Shown here in pieces: positions 26,834 through 39,900 of a stretch of 64,000 bases of DNA. The stretch comes from Acanthaster planci (taxonomy: Eukaryota), in the NCBI RefSeq assembly GCF_001949145.1, contig NW_019091357.1:248001-312000 (forward strand). Direction: 5' to 3'. Both the position numbers and the translations under genes were made by a program. Under the pieces are notes generated by a model, which saw only the letters and a program-made list of their open reading frames with translations, was not told the origin of the DNA and did no database searches. Positions within the stretch are counted from its first letter, which is position 1. Every line of letters begins with the position of its first letter.

Positions 26834-28038
26834 ATGTCTTCGTTACCAACCTGCTTCTCTGAGTTTATCCCTGTGCTGTCAGCACATAGCCAAAAGTCGT
26901 TCAGTTGGAGGATGAACAAAGTTAAGAAGGTGGTCATCTTTGACAAAGATGGCACCCTTATAAACATTCATGTGCAGTGGGCACCCTGGATTAGGAAGGT
27001 TATAGCAAGGTATGTATACCCTTAGATGAAAAATTGGACTTTGGATGTTGTCAGTTTATGTTAAATGCCCCCCAGCTTTCTTGTATTGGAGTTGAATTAT
27101 TTCTTTCTGAATTTCTGGTTTGTCTGTCATGTCTGTACAGTATTGAGTCCAAGACAAATCTTGCCATCTCGGCTGAAGCCTTTGGTGCACTTTCTTTTGA
27201 CGATGAAGCTGGAAAAATTCTACCTGGAGTCCTTGGTGAAGGGACCGTCGAAATGATAAGAGACTGTCTGTCATCCATTCTGCAGAAAGTGGGCAGCATT
27301 CCTCAATGCCAGGCAGACCAAATAGTAGATGAGTGCTTAGAGGCCTGTAGCTCCCTGAAGTCAGGAGTTATTCAGCCCCTTGGTGATGTGAGAGGCATGT
27401 TCCGTAGACTCAAACGTAGAGGCTATCAGATAGCCATCAACACCTCAGACAGTCGTGCAGTTACTCTCAGAACTCTTCATATGCTGGGTGTGTCAAAGCT
27501 GGTTGATGCTGTGGTATGCGGTGATGATATTGGGATGATTGCTAAACCACATCCAGTGTCGGCTTACAGTATCTGCGCTCAACTTGACGTTTGGCCCAAA
27601 AATGCCATTATGGTTGGGGATTCACCTTGTGATGTTCAACTGGGCACAAATGCAAAACTTGGCTGTGCAATAGGTAGGAAATTTTCCACCTGCTTTGGCC
27701 ATTTTTTAGAAGTGTTTGAACTAGTAACTAGACCTTGCAATTATGAGTGGAGAAAACCTTGTTTAATGCCAAGTTTAAAGACTATGCCTAATCAAGTGCA
27801 GTGTACAACACATGTATCCTTCTATTGCCAGTGCTCATCTTATTTTAACTCTCCGGACATCCTGAGTCCTAGTACAAGTCTCTAATGAAATGCCACAATT
27901 GAAACAAGAAATTCCCTTTTTTTCTCTCCAGGAGTCCTGACTGGCATTGCTTCAAGACAAGCTTTGGAAACAGATGGGCAGGTGGTTGTAGAGAATGTCA
28001 CGGAGGCTGTGGACATGATCTTGTCAAACAGGACTTAA
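26834..28038 (+). CDS. HAD-superfamily hydrolase/phosphatase (PGP-like), ~271 aa, 3 coding exons
   Basis: Exons 26834-27009, 27141-27673, 27932-28038. Motif I VIFDKDGTL, motif II AINTSD, motif III AKPHP, motif IV MVGDSPCD, then IGVLTG. The substrate cannot be determined from sequence. Confidence 0.9.
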
Positions 28039-28623
28039 AAACTGGAGGTCTAGATCAATTGATAACCATGGCAACCAAATTGTGATCTTTATGTCTTAAA
28101 CAGTGCAATAGAGGAGAACTACCTGTGTTTTATCCTATTACAGTGTGCATTTTTTAACAATAGAAGCTATTTTGTTCATACGTGTATTGGAGTTGACAGA
28201 CGTTATGCATCGGAAGTTGTTTTATGTGTTATATTTTCAACTATTACCGCAAGAAAGATTTTGGGCTTATCGTTTTGAGATGCCTCTGGTAAAAATCAGA
28301 GTAACTGAAATGGAAAGATTTTTTAAACTTTCATCTGTTCATTATGAGCATTTGCTTTGGTTGAGCCTGTTTGGTTTATGAGTTCAAATCTTATGGCGTT
28401 ACTCATATTCAGAACAATGATTGATCTCAACATTTCTGAGTTTAGCATAGACAGGCATGCAACTTCGACTTTGACAAAAAACAAAGAGGTTCAAATCTTC
28501 ACCAGACTTTGTACAGTGTTTTCCAGTTTTCAATGGCATGAGCGTCAAGTGAAAAATGAGGAAATCAGCTGACCATAGGAAAAGTTGCATCTTGCATAGA
28601 GCACAGAGATAGTTCACACAACT

Positions 28624-28796
28624 AAACTAGATAGGTTGCACCATGGACATATCTCTTTTTTGAGTATCTTTTTTTGAGTATGTGGGGTTCTGAAAAGAAC
28701 TGGACCCCACATACTCAAAAAAGAGGTATATCCATGGTGCTACCGCAAACTTATCTAGTTTACTTGCTACCTTCACCATGAAAAGCTTCAAATCTC
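28624..28796 (+). mobile_element. Short retro-insertion with inverted 5' part (Penelope-like fragment)
   Basis: Long inverted repeat 28623-28762 (gcaccatggacatatctcttttttgagtat / atactcaaaaaagaggtatatccatggtgc). It is flanked by a 13-bp direct repeat, agttcacacaact (28611-23) and agttcacgcaact (28797-809). The family assignment is from recalled resemblance only. Confidence 0.6.
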
Positions 28797-30467
28797 AGTT
28801 CACGCAACTCTAACTAGCTGAATCCAAGCAGAAGCTGTGAAACTTTTTTCATTGCTGAAATGTTACTCTAGATACATGTATGCAAATAAGCTGGTTTACA
28901 AAGGGTTACCGCCCACACCCCATATTAAATTACCCTATGTGTACAATGCTTACGAGTCTAAAACGCACAAAGTATTGTAAGTAGGATGCAGTATTTTTTG
29001 TGAATGAAATGTTTAACTTTTTTAATGTTGAGCTCCATTTGCAAAATGAAAAATATTTTTATGTTCGACTTACTGTATCAGTAAGCATTATGTAATTTAT
29101 GTTGAATGCAGTATAAAGGTACACTGTATTACAAAAATTTGCCGTCTGTTCTTGTTGATGCCTGTTTGTCAGTGTAAAGACTCCAACAGCTTTGTTTTCC
29201 TTGGCGACTGACGTACACATTGGAAGCAAGATGGGATGAAGAGACCCCCCTTTTGTGTTGGTCAGGGTTATACCAGAATCCTGTACGTTTTCCATGGCCC
29301 CGAAAAACCCAATAAGGCCAAAATGCTTGAAGTTTTATTTAGTCAGCTTCAAAACAGATGCCCTATTTCTTTGGTACCCCAAACTTTAAGATTAATTCAC
29401 GTACATGTACATATTTACACTGATATTTCACAACGTAAATTTGGTTTGCAAACATCACGGCACTCCCAAGTTTCACAGCCAAACACAAAGCTATTGTATT
29501 AAACTAACCTTGGTGGCAAACTGAAAGGCTAGACTGCCCTACATGAACACAGTTGGCTATGAACTTGGTTAATGCATGTCCACGTATCCCTCCTTCCTTG
29601 AGCAGCGATGCATGAAACAGGCATGCCTAAGCAGAGCTACATGGCACTTTGAATACATGCAAATGTACACGTATGTAAATTTTCAGATATAGTTGACCTA
29701 GCAGCCACTGCCGCAGAATTTAGTTCATTGAGTCAAAACGCTTGCTACACAATGAATACAAATGTGTACCCAAAACAACACATTTTATTTTCACTACCTT
29801 GCCTTATTCTTACTTTCAAATTAAGAAAGATTTTGGACCTCACATGGCAAAAATTTAACTGAAATATGTTGTCAATGTCAAACTAATTTTTCTAACCTAC
29901 ACAAAGGCAAGTGGTAGTCTCATTTTATTTCATCTTTAAGCTTAAACATCTAGCATACCATCACTGTCAGAGTTACAAACACTGGAAATGACAAAACATG
30001 TAACAGGAAGAACAGTGACCATGAAATCAGATTTCCTGTGCTTCATGGCCTGATAATTATTTTAGTGGCAATGACAGCAGACGTGTCAATCCTTTTCCCG
30101 AGATTTATCACCCACAACTTTTGAACTGTCATTTTCTAAACCATGGTAAATGAAACAATATAAATTTCATTTCTGAGACTGAATGTCATGTTACTATGAC
30201 AACAGCAGAGTACTTCCATTTTGAAGAAAGAAAAACTTAGATCAACCCTGAAAATGAACAGCCAATACAAATTTTGTTTAGCACACTTGTTTTTAACCCT
30301 TTGCTGCAACATAAGAGAAAGGTAAGAAGCATGACAGGAAGCATACCATTCTATAAGACTTTGTTAACAAATGCAGGGTATTACTGCAACTCATTCAGTC
30401 AGCAATTCAAGACTCATCTCAGCCAACTTCATAATTTAAAGGGGAAGGTATCTGCATTAATAATACA

Positions 30468-30642
30468 CAGGGGTGTGAGTGTCTGCATAAAATTAAAGCT
30501 GAAAACAGCTAGCGACAAGCTGAAATGTAAGAAGTTCCCAAACGTTTGTACACAGGAGGTTGACAAATAAAGCTGAAATCAGGGTCAACATCTCAACAAA
30601 AAGAGCTGAAGTCAGCTAAAAAGCTGAATTCTCACACCCCTA
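30468..30642. mobile_element. Short MITE
   Basis: Termini caggggtgtgag and ctcacacccct, with several internal aagctgaa repeats. Confidence 0.55.
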
Positions 30643-31261
30643 AATACACTTAGAACCCAGTAAATATTTATTACAACAGCAACGTTAAATACTTACTTGC
30701 AAAAGTCAAAAGTATCCATGCTAAACTTTTACAGCAACCTCACATTTTCAACATCCTGGACATGCCAATGAAGGAATATTGGCTAATTCCACGGGTCCTA
30801 TACAGCAGCCTAGTTCAAGTTCACCCCACCGTCCGCCTCCTCAGACTTGGCGTGCATACAAAACATATGGAAGATTAGCTTGTCGACATGTCTGCCAGAG
30901 GTGAGTCAAGGTGTGCTTGACCATTCCTGTTGCCAGCTTCAGGCATTAAGGAGGACCACAGTATCAGTTAAGGGGGCCAGCTTCCTGCCAGAAGGGCCAC
31001 CCCCCTGAATGATGGGTCCAGCTTAATGTTCTACCCATCAGCCATGCCTGTGTGCCAAACTGTGTTTACATGTCTTGGGATATAAAGCGGTCAAGTCATG
31101 TAGTGCCTCAGCCCTCAGCTATTACATGTAAACTAAAATCAACAGCATGAGGTTTACCTCCATACAGTAAGTGTTGCTTGCTAGACACAGTACCAGATGA
31201 CATTGTCTTCTGAGTTAGTATTCTGTGACTTTGACTCATATGGCAAGTCTTGCTGGCTACA

Positions 31262-31942
31262 TCACCAGATGACGGTGTCTACTGGGTTGGCAAGCTGTGA
31301 CTTCAACTCTGCAGGGATCTCCAACTTGTCAAAGTCCGATTTGTCCCGAATCAAATTCCTCAACACTTGAAGGGATCTCTCCAATAACGTATATACTAGT
31401 TTCAGAAAAACAAAAGACTAAAGAAATCATCTGGTAATGATTAACAACAAAATTATTTAAATGTCATGAAAAAAAGTCTGCCACAAAATAGATATTTGAT
31501 CAATGCAGTTTTTGAAAGAAGTATCTGAAATTCAATGATTTGATGAAATATCAGTGGTGATGTTGAGAAGTCTACCCACTCAAATTAACATAAATAACAC
31601 AATAAAAAATCTCTCACCTGGTAACTGTATGTTGACTTGAGTAGCATGTGGCCTTTCCTCACCAGCTGGAGTAGGAAAAAATACCTCCTTACTTTGTCCG
31701 TCTGTTCCAGCAACAAAGACAAGCTTGTCACCACTACAGTGATCTCGGAATATCCATGGATGTCCCTCGTAGGTGTTCATATCCATCTTATAACCCTGTT
31801 TTAGTCCGTTCTTAGTGTAGTTCACGCGCTCTCCTTCCCAATTGAGCCATAGTATGTCCACCACGCGTGGACTGCGGTTTCTAAAGCTTGCGTAAGCTTT
31901 AGCTCTATGGCCTGGGGCAGACTTTAGCTGTTGTCCACACAT
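31262..31942 (-). CDS. VHL: von Hippel-Lindau protein homolog, 152 aa, 2 coding exons
   Basis: Exons 31942-31618 and 31395-31262. Beta domain FRNRSPRVVDILWLNWEG..TYEGHPWIFRD, then BC box VYTLLERSLQVLR and LEIPAELKSQL. An acceptor at 31972 implies an upstream non-coding exon. Confidence 0.93.
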
Positions 31943-32833
31943 GGCAAAATTAAATGGTGTTTCACTGTTTGTCTAAAAATGATGAAACAGAGTAAAAAAA
32001 TGAGAAATGGCTTCATATACACGTAGGTAAGAGTTCAAAATATGGACATCATTAATTTCTCCCTGCAGTAGTTTATAAGCCATCAGAAGGTCATAACACT
32101 GGAAGCATAACATGTCCTAGAAAGTCAAATTTAGCAGGGAAAATCGTGAACCATTTACTTAGAAACACAATTTTTCAGGCCAGTCCCACAGGTTTCTGCA
32201 AAAGACCTCAAGTGATGTCTGTCTATGGAACTCTTTATTTCCAGTACTTTTTGATCATCTTGGAACAAGTTCCATTAGGTCCCTGCCTGTACAACACTAC
32301 TTGCCTACTCCTCGTGGAAGCACAACAGATGTTGAACCCCACAGTTCTGGGGGAAAGAGTTCTCTAGTAGTAGTCTGGGTAACGTCAGTCATAGAACACC
32401 ACTTGACATCCTGCTACACACTACCTGTGGCTAGTCTAATATTAATAATGCTGACCATGGAGCTACTTAGAACTGAAGGTCCCCTACTTCATGTGTGTGA
32501 CTTGCGGCCCGCCTTTTGGTATGTTTAATGCAGCCCATGCCCAGTTTACTCAAATCAAGGCAAATTTAGAAGAGTTCCATATACAGACACCAGTAACTAG
32601 GCCTAGACCCTACAGTCACCTATTCTGTATTAGCTGTCAGACAGGAAAAACATTTCCAGAAAAGTTCAATTTAGGAAGGAAAAAAAAATCTTTTACGTTT
32701 ACTTTTTAGTAAACAGAATTGTTCAGACCAGTCTCATAGTGTTAATGCACACACTGTGTCAAGTGGCGTCCATAACTCTTTCTGACATATCCGGTAGGTT
32801 ACATAATTTATATTTTCTGCCAACAGTGTTTAG

Positions 32834-32923
32834 TATTCCTCTTTTTTGATTTTGGACGGGATCGGTCATTGTTCAAAATGACCGACACTGACCGATCCCG
32901 TCCAAAATCGAAAAAGAGGAATA
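32834..32923. repeat. 35-bp-arm near-perfect inverted repeat
   Basis: tattcctcttttttgattttggacgggatcggtca pairs with tgaccgatcccgtccaaaatcgaaaaagaggaata (1 mismatch, 20-nt spacer). Confidence 0.85.
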
Positions 32924-33392
32924 GGCCCTCCACTTATGTGACTTGGGCCTAGTATATGTACAGTGTGAGTGTAGTTGTACAGTGTAGAGCTAAAGTCTGT
33001 CAAGTGTCATGTTTGTCCAGCAAAAATTCCACTTTCTCAATCAAACCCCCCCCACCAAAAAAAGCTGTCGAAACTAACGCATATCTATTTCAATCCGATG
33101 ACCTACATGGTTACAAGACCACGAATCTAACTGTTGAAGACTGACTGTTGAAAATTCAGAGCTCTTACCCACCAACCTAGCTAGAACCATGCTGAAACAT
33201 ATCACCACACGCTTCGCGGATCGTGGGATAAATACGGAAGCTGAGGTCTTTGAACTAAGACTTGTCTGTGGCTTGAAACCACACATATAGCGCAACTTGA
33301 CTTGCAGGCCTACACTTGGACAAAAACACTGGTGACTTGCTTGTGCTTGGAACAAATTGACTTGTGACTTGACTTGTAATCAAATGCTCAGA

Positions 33393-33461
33393 TTAATAAT
33401 AAAATAATGATAACAAACACTTGTAAAGCGCCCTCTATCCAATCGAGGCGCTGCATTATCA
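33393..33461 (-). mobile_element. SINE/LINE 3' tail fragment
   Basis: The reverse complement tgataatgcagcgcctc..gatagagggcgctttacaagtgtttgttatcattatt matches the tail of the SINE at 38707-38790. Confidence 0.7.
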
Positions 33462-33959
33462 GTTTTTGATGTACACGCGATACCGTTGATCTCTACGGTA
33501 TACGGAGCTATATCAATACACGATGCCAATCAATAGCGCCCTCTAGAACAATGTAACTGTCATTTTTTTCATGTAATTCTATTGGCTCTTAAAATTTCAT
33601 AAAAATTAGAAGTTTTACTCATTTACGAACTTATTTGGCAAAAATATGAATCATATGACTTTTTTGATTGTATAAATGTTTATTATTGAAACTTTAGTCA
33701 TATATTTACCACTATTTAGGCCATGTGAGGGTCTTTTAAATAAGTTTTGACATAATTTGGACCAATCGCCACATTGGATATTTAGTGTTCGGGTATCTTG
33801 TAATGTCAAACAAATTTAAACATGGCCGCTGATTGTAAACATTTCTTCATTGTCCTGTGGTCCTGTCACTAAAAACTAAAGTGTCAGTCGTTGGGTCACG
33901 ATCGCAGTGTTGCCCTCCCCAAAACAAGTGATTGCATCTAACGTTCAAGTCAGGGGTAA

Positions 33960-36900
33960 ATGATGGATGCGAAAGGTAAGTTATTTGTACTTTCTGAACC
34001 GTAAACTGGAAATCTGAGCAAATAGGACCTAGGTTAAAAGTACATGTTATTGTTACTAGTATTAGCATGCAATGGAGCTACAGTATAGGCCTAGGCCTAT
34101 AGTCATGATAGTACTTTTTTTTAGTAGGGGCCTACTGTTTGTTTGCTACTTCTAGGCATGTGACAATTTTTCTTCAAGTTAGTCAGATTTAGATGTAGTA
34201 TATTCAGAAAGATAGGTTTTAAAATCTCAAAAGCAATGTTATGGGATGTTGGGTTGTGATTTTTAAAGGATTTTAAACAGGCGTATTTTGTGCCTCTGTA
34301 TTTGTATTGAATAACATAGGAATCTTCTGAAAAAACTGATCCGCAATCCTTGCTTTGCATTATGCATCACTTTCTCTGATCATAAGCCATTCTACATACC
34401 CCATAGGGCATGTAGGGAGAGCACGAGGGCATGTAGGGAGAGCACGAGGGCATGTAGGGAGAGCACGAGGGCATGTAGGGAGAGCATGAGGGCATGTAGG
34501 GAGAGCACGAGGGCATGTAGGGAGAGCACGAGGGCATGTAGGGAGAGCATGAGGGCATGTAGGGAGAGCATGAGGGCATGTAGGGAGAGCATGAGGGCAT
34601 GTAGGGAGAGCACGAGGGCATGTAGGGAGAGCACAAGGGCATGTAGGGAGATGCTGAAATGAGTGAGGAGGCTGTTTACAAATTACAGTGTTTATTTGGG
34701 AATTCGTTTTCTTTAATAGGAAACTCTGGTTAACAGTGGTAAATGGCTTTTTGCTCTAGCTCCTTTTTCTAATTCATTCCTAATTCAAATAAAATTTGAA
34801 GTTGCAAGTGAAGCCAGCGTTTAATTTATTGAAGTAAGGTATGAATAAGAACAATTTTGTGAAAGTATCATGAATTTTAGACTTTTCAGTCAAAATCTAC
34901 ATAATTTTTGTGTAAGCAAATGCTCGTACATGAGATTCGGACCATAAGACCAAATAGTTTGAAAAACCTATTATTTTTACCCACCAATTTCTTGTTTCCA
35001 TCTGACGGTGATCGTTTATCACCCTGCACAGGCATTGGGCTGGAAGTGGCCAAACCTGCTCCGCATTTCAGTTCGACAATTTTCAACGGGGGATTTCTAA
35101 GGTCTTGCATTCTGTCACAGCTAGCTACCCAGAGTTGTGCAGTGAAACAATATGCCACCCCCCCTCCTTTTAAATGTACCTTCACCAATCATAGTTTTTA
35201 CTTTTGACTCTTTCCAGGAAAGGTGAAGAAGAAATCACGAAAGCTGCCTAAGAGCGAAGATGATGATGAAGGATCTCCATGTAAGTGAAGACTTAAAAAT
35301 CAAGGGTGCCGGGCCTTACTCTTTATCCCAAGGCACCTTTACCTTGCTGTGGGCGTTCCAAGGCAATGCTTCCCCCTCCCCTGGAAAAATCTGAGAATGA
35401 CAGAGGAAAGGGGTGGAGGAATGAAGAAAGGGATAAAAATCATCAACTTGCATGAATATACAGGTAAACTCCAAATGAAAGAATACACTCAGGGTGAGAA
35501 CAATCGGGAAATACAAGTGGAACAAAGTTAGAGTTTGGAATAATGGAGACTGGTCAACATTGAAATAATTGCAGTCATAGTTATTGATTGACCTGTTCAA
35601 TATTATTTTACAGCTCCTCAGTCTGACCAGAACCCAACGAATGAAGCCAGCTTTGATAAACTGCTTCGTGCAGCCATGAAACAAACTACAGAGTAAGACA
35701 GAGTGCACCTTCACCTTAATTAACGAACTCCCTTAAAGACTACACAAACCAGCTAGTTGTGAGGACTATGCACCTGTAGAACACCAGATGTTGTGAGGGC
35801 CTAGCACATTGCTGATGCACGTCAAAGTCCCCACATTCAGCCCAAATTTTCCTATCCAAAGAACTACTATGCAAAGAAACTGTCCCATTTTTACAATATT
35901 GGCCTTCCTACACTGGCATTAATAGAGTCCTACATGTACATTTGACCCGAGTGCTGCAGTGTAAATGTACCAAACCTACTGAAACACGATATCTGCTCAT
36001 CATAAATACATGTAACTGCTGTAAAGAAAGTTTGTGGTCTTCTTATACTTCACTTTTGCAAGATTGCAATTTTTCTCTTTAGTGAGAAAAGAAAATCGGG
36101 GAAGAAAAAAGGAAAGAGAACCAAGTCTGAGACAACAGATGCTATGGTAAGTTTTCCTTGACCCCTTAATTGCTAGGCTCCGCTCAGTATCCAGACACCT
36201 TTCCTTTCATTCTTTCTGCTCTTACTTCTGCTCAGTTAGGCGCTATTTGCATTTACAATGAGCTAATGCACAAATTTAACAAACCTGTCACTTTCCCTGG
36301 ATGTTTGGCACTTTAGCATAGTACTGTTTAATATTGCCATTGATTGCACGTTCATGTTGTATTCCTTTTAGCTTGAGTCATTGAAACAAGGTGCTGATCT
36401 CCGCAAGGATACTGACCCATCTGAAGATCCATCCATTCTGGCCAACACTTACGATGGCAGTGACAGCCCTCGTTTCCACAAGAACTTGACAAATGAGAAG
36501 GGCCGTAAGCCCCCACCCAAAAAGGGGATGGAGAACAAAGGCTTTATTGATGATGAAGACAAAGATGCCCAGGCAGACAGTCCTAAGAAAACAAAGAAGA
36601 AGAAGAAGAAAGCTGACGCAAGTGACATTATGGACAGGTGGGCTCTCAGTGTTGAATAGTCTCCTAAAATAAAATCTTGAATCTTACGCAAGTCACAGGA
36701 CCGTTGCTCACATCTTGATGTTGCTTTGACTTGTTACATACATTATTTGATTTTCTACTAGTCGCTTTTACAGTTGCAAAGTGGCTTGTCTCTTCAAGCA
36801 TAACATGCCAAGCCTTCCAATAGAAATGTGAACATGTTGGTCAAAGAAAATTGATGGAAAAATGTCCTGTGTGCTTTGCAGTGGCCCTTTAACAATGCAG

Positions 36901-39900
36901 GAACTTGAGGACACACCCAAAAAGGTACGGAGGAAAAAGAAATTGGCTACCCAGCAGGAGAATGACAAAGACAGTGAGAAAACAGAGCAGCAGCAAACAG
37001 GAGATGAGGCAGATGGTGGGGATCTAGGAAAAGAGATCACAGAGGAAGGAATTGAAGAAAATGAGAAAGCAGCTGGAAAGAAGAAGAAAAAGAAGACAGG
37101 TGGGTTCTCATAATCGATCGTTTTCAAGAACTAAACTGAAGGGTCTTTCAACATTTCTGACCTTATGTATGATTTTGTTTGACAGAAAACAAGGTTTTCA
37201 CAAAGCATATTCTGCTGATAGTCTTCGCTCCTCACAAGAGCAAAACAAGTTTTGCAGAAAACTCTATACTGGCCAGAACAATTCATGTATAAAAAAGTAC
37301 ACCATGAAATTAAATATATTTAAAATCTTAATTACTTCTGCCAATTTTAAGTCTGCCATAGAAAAATCTGGACAGTCTGTTTGTTCACGGAACTCATTCC
37401 CCAAATGTGTTTCACGCTAAGTTAATTAGTTTAGGGAGTGGTTTACTTGAAAGTATATCATTGAAGACATGTATGTTAGATAACAGTAAAGACCTTGGTT
37501 GTGAAACAGTCCCAAACTCTCTTCTTATGAGAGTAATAAGGAAGCCAATTCTTTAAATCAGCAGTTGATTATCTATCTACAGCATCCAAAGATGACAAAC
37601 CCGATGCTGATGAGAACGAAGGGGCCAAAGACAATAAGAAAAAGACTAAGAAGAAACGCAAGAGGCAGCCGAAGGATGATGGTCGAGTGTTTGGGGTGAA
37701 CGTCCATCGTAGTGACCGGCTCAAGACTGACCTTTACATTGCTCATCCACTGGTCAGAGTTCACATCATCGACATGGACACTGGCACATACTTCAAGAAA
37801 TCTAAACTGTATGTTAGAATCTCAATCATGGGACAAGGAAGCAAAATAAAATTTCAAGCCAGAATTTTGATATCTAACGAATGGAAATGTATGTAGCTGT
37901 GATTCTGCCAATCCTAGGAGCCATAAGGTTACAACAAAAAAAAGTGGAAGAAGGTTGCATTTTAGTTCTGAGCTACCTTTTGAGGTCTTGGAATTACTAA
38001 ACACCGTTTGAATTCTTGTTCCTTTCCCACAGGGATCGTGCTGTGACATCATATTATGAGAATCAAAATGACAAAGTGGATTACATCTTACCAGTACTGA
38101 CTCAACCCTTTGACTTTAAGAAGAGGAAGTAAGTCAGAAGAAATCCAAGGACCAGATATTCTTAACAACCTTAGTTTCAACCACAGGTCTGCCAAAAGCA
38201 GTTTGGCAGTAGGCTTTCTTACCACATTTCTTCTGGAATTCCTGGTGTTTTCATTTTCATTAATTGCACAGCGAGCACTAATCCAAGGTGATTTGTTGCT
38301 TTTGTTTTGTTTTGGTTTTTTTTGCCTTGCAATTCCTGGTATTTGGTAAATTATGAAGATTGACATGTTACTTTGAGCACGTAAGTTTTTTTAGAATTTA
38401 TAATTCTGATGGTAGTGGAACAGGAGGTATGTGACCTAGTGGTTAGGGTTTGTAGCTTCTGATTATAGGGTCAGGGGTTCGAATCCAGCTGGTAGCAGCA
38501 TGTTGTGATCTTGGGCGCAAGTCACTTTATCCCTATGTGCCTCTCTCCACCCAGGAGTAAATGGGTACCTGTGAGGGCAGGCACGGTTGTTTAGCCTTTT
38601 GCACCGAAATGGCAACACCGGGCTGGTGTACTCCCCAGGGAGCTGAGATGGTTTCAGGAATGTTCAGATGAGCCCAATGTGCAGTGAGCCCAATGTGCAG
38701 GGATAATGATAATACAGCGCCTCAGAAGAGTGTGCTAGATAGAGGGCGCTTTCTAAGTGCTTGTTATTATTGTTATTACTATTGTTATTACTATTAACAG
38801 TGTAGTTTTTTATCATCTCCCATCTTCAGGTCCATCATACCCTGCTGGGATGAGCAACTCATCTTCAACGAGAGCTATAACTACCTTATCCAATCAGACG
38901 AATCTGCGCCAAAGGCCATCATATTTTTTGAGGTTTGTGCGTTAAACGACACGTTCTGAGTTTAATCGTGGTGTTTCTGAGTTGAGAAGAGGTAAATTGA
39001 GACAAGACTTTAGCCTGTGTTGAATAGACCCCTCGTAGCTGGTTCTCGGTAATAGTTCCTTTAACATGGCAAGGAACCACTGAAAAACGTGGCGCAATCC
39101 CTCTATTGAGAAGAGATATAGAGGGATAAGATTAGGGTGCGGCACAGTCAAATCTTAGAATCTGTATATTTTGTTTCATTTCTGTGATAGATCCTTGATT
39201 TTGTCAGCATGAACATCACTTCTACCAAATCCAAGATGCTGAAAGGAGAAGGAGGATGGCATCGAATAGCTTGGGCATTTCTCAAGGTCAGGTCATATGA
39301 AAAAAATTCTACTTTATCACCATTACTCTGTTGCGACAGTTCTGATGAAAGCCGTCATAACTGACTTTGACTTTGTGTTTGCTTGTTTTTCTTCAGGTTG
39401 TTGGTGCTAATGGCATCCCCAACACTGATAAGAAAGTCCGGCTTCAGTTGTTCTACCCTCCATTCAGTTATAAGGGAAAACCAGGACAACTTGACGTAAG
39501 AACACTATAAAACCTGGCTTTTTGCTCACCAAACCTTTCCAAGAAGTTGTTTATATCCTGCTTCATAAAAGGGGTATTTGAAAACTGTTTCTTTTGAAAG
39601 GGAAAACAAAGTGGACGTTAAGGTTTTTGGAGAGGTGGAAATTATAGTAATTATTAATTACAGGTGTACCAGTGGTGGCAGAATATTAGTCGGCAGCCCT
39701 ATCCATCTACCCTGTATGTGACAGTTAAAGCAGTCAAGACACCAGACAAGGTTGAACCTGCTGTCAGGTCACTGTATGCCACACAGGAGGTAAAAAATGC
39801 ATAGTGTTTACTTTGATATGGCTATGTTTAAATTAATTGTCTATGGCTAGGAGTAATACATGTATCAGTGGAAATCAGCTGTAGTCGCAAGCCAGTGGCA

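Noticed and set aside
30700..31180. SECIS element that would make the VHL TGA a selenocysteine codon
   Set aside because: The best candidate (gtga-ggttgctgt-aaaa..ggat, ~30712-30745, minus strand) has too short a helix II. No canonical SECIS was found by eye.
34367..34642. ORFs (MPSCSPY)n and (LSLHALV)n, superficially like Pol II CTD heptads
   Set aside because: They are translations of the 21-bp intronic minisatellite, antisense to AHI1, with no splice or domain context.
38424..38500. tRNA gene
   Set aside because: A and B boxes are present but there is no proper acceptor stem, and it continues into a SINE body and tail.
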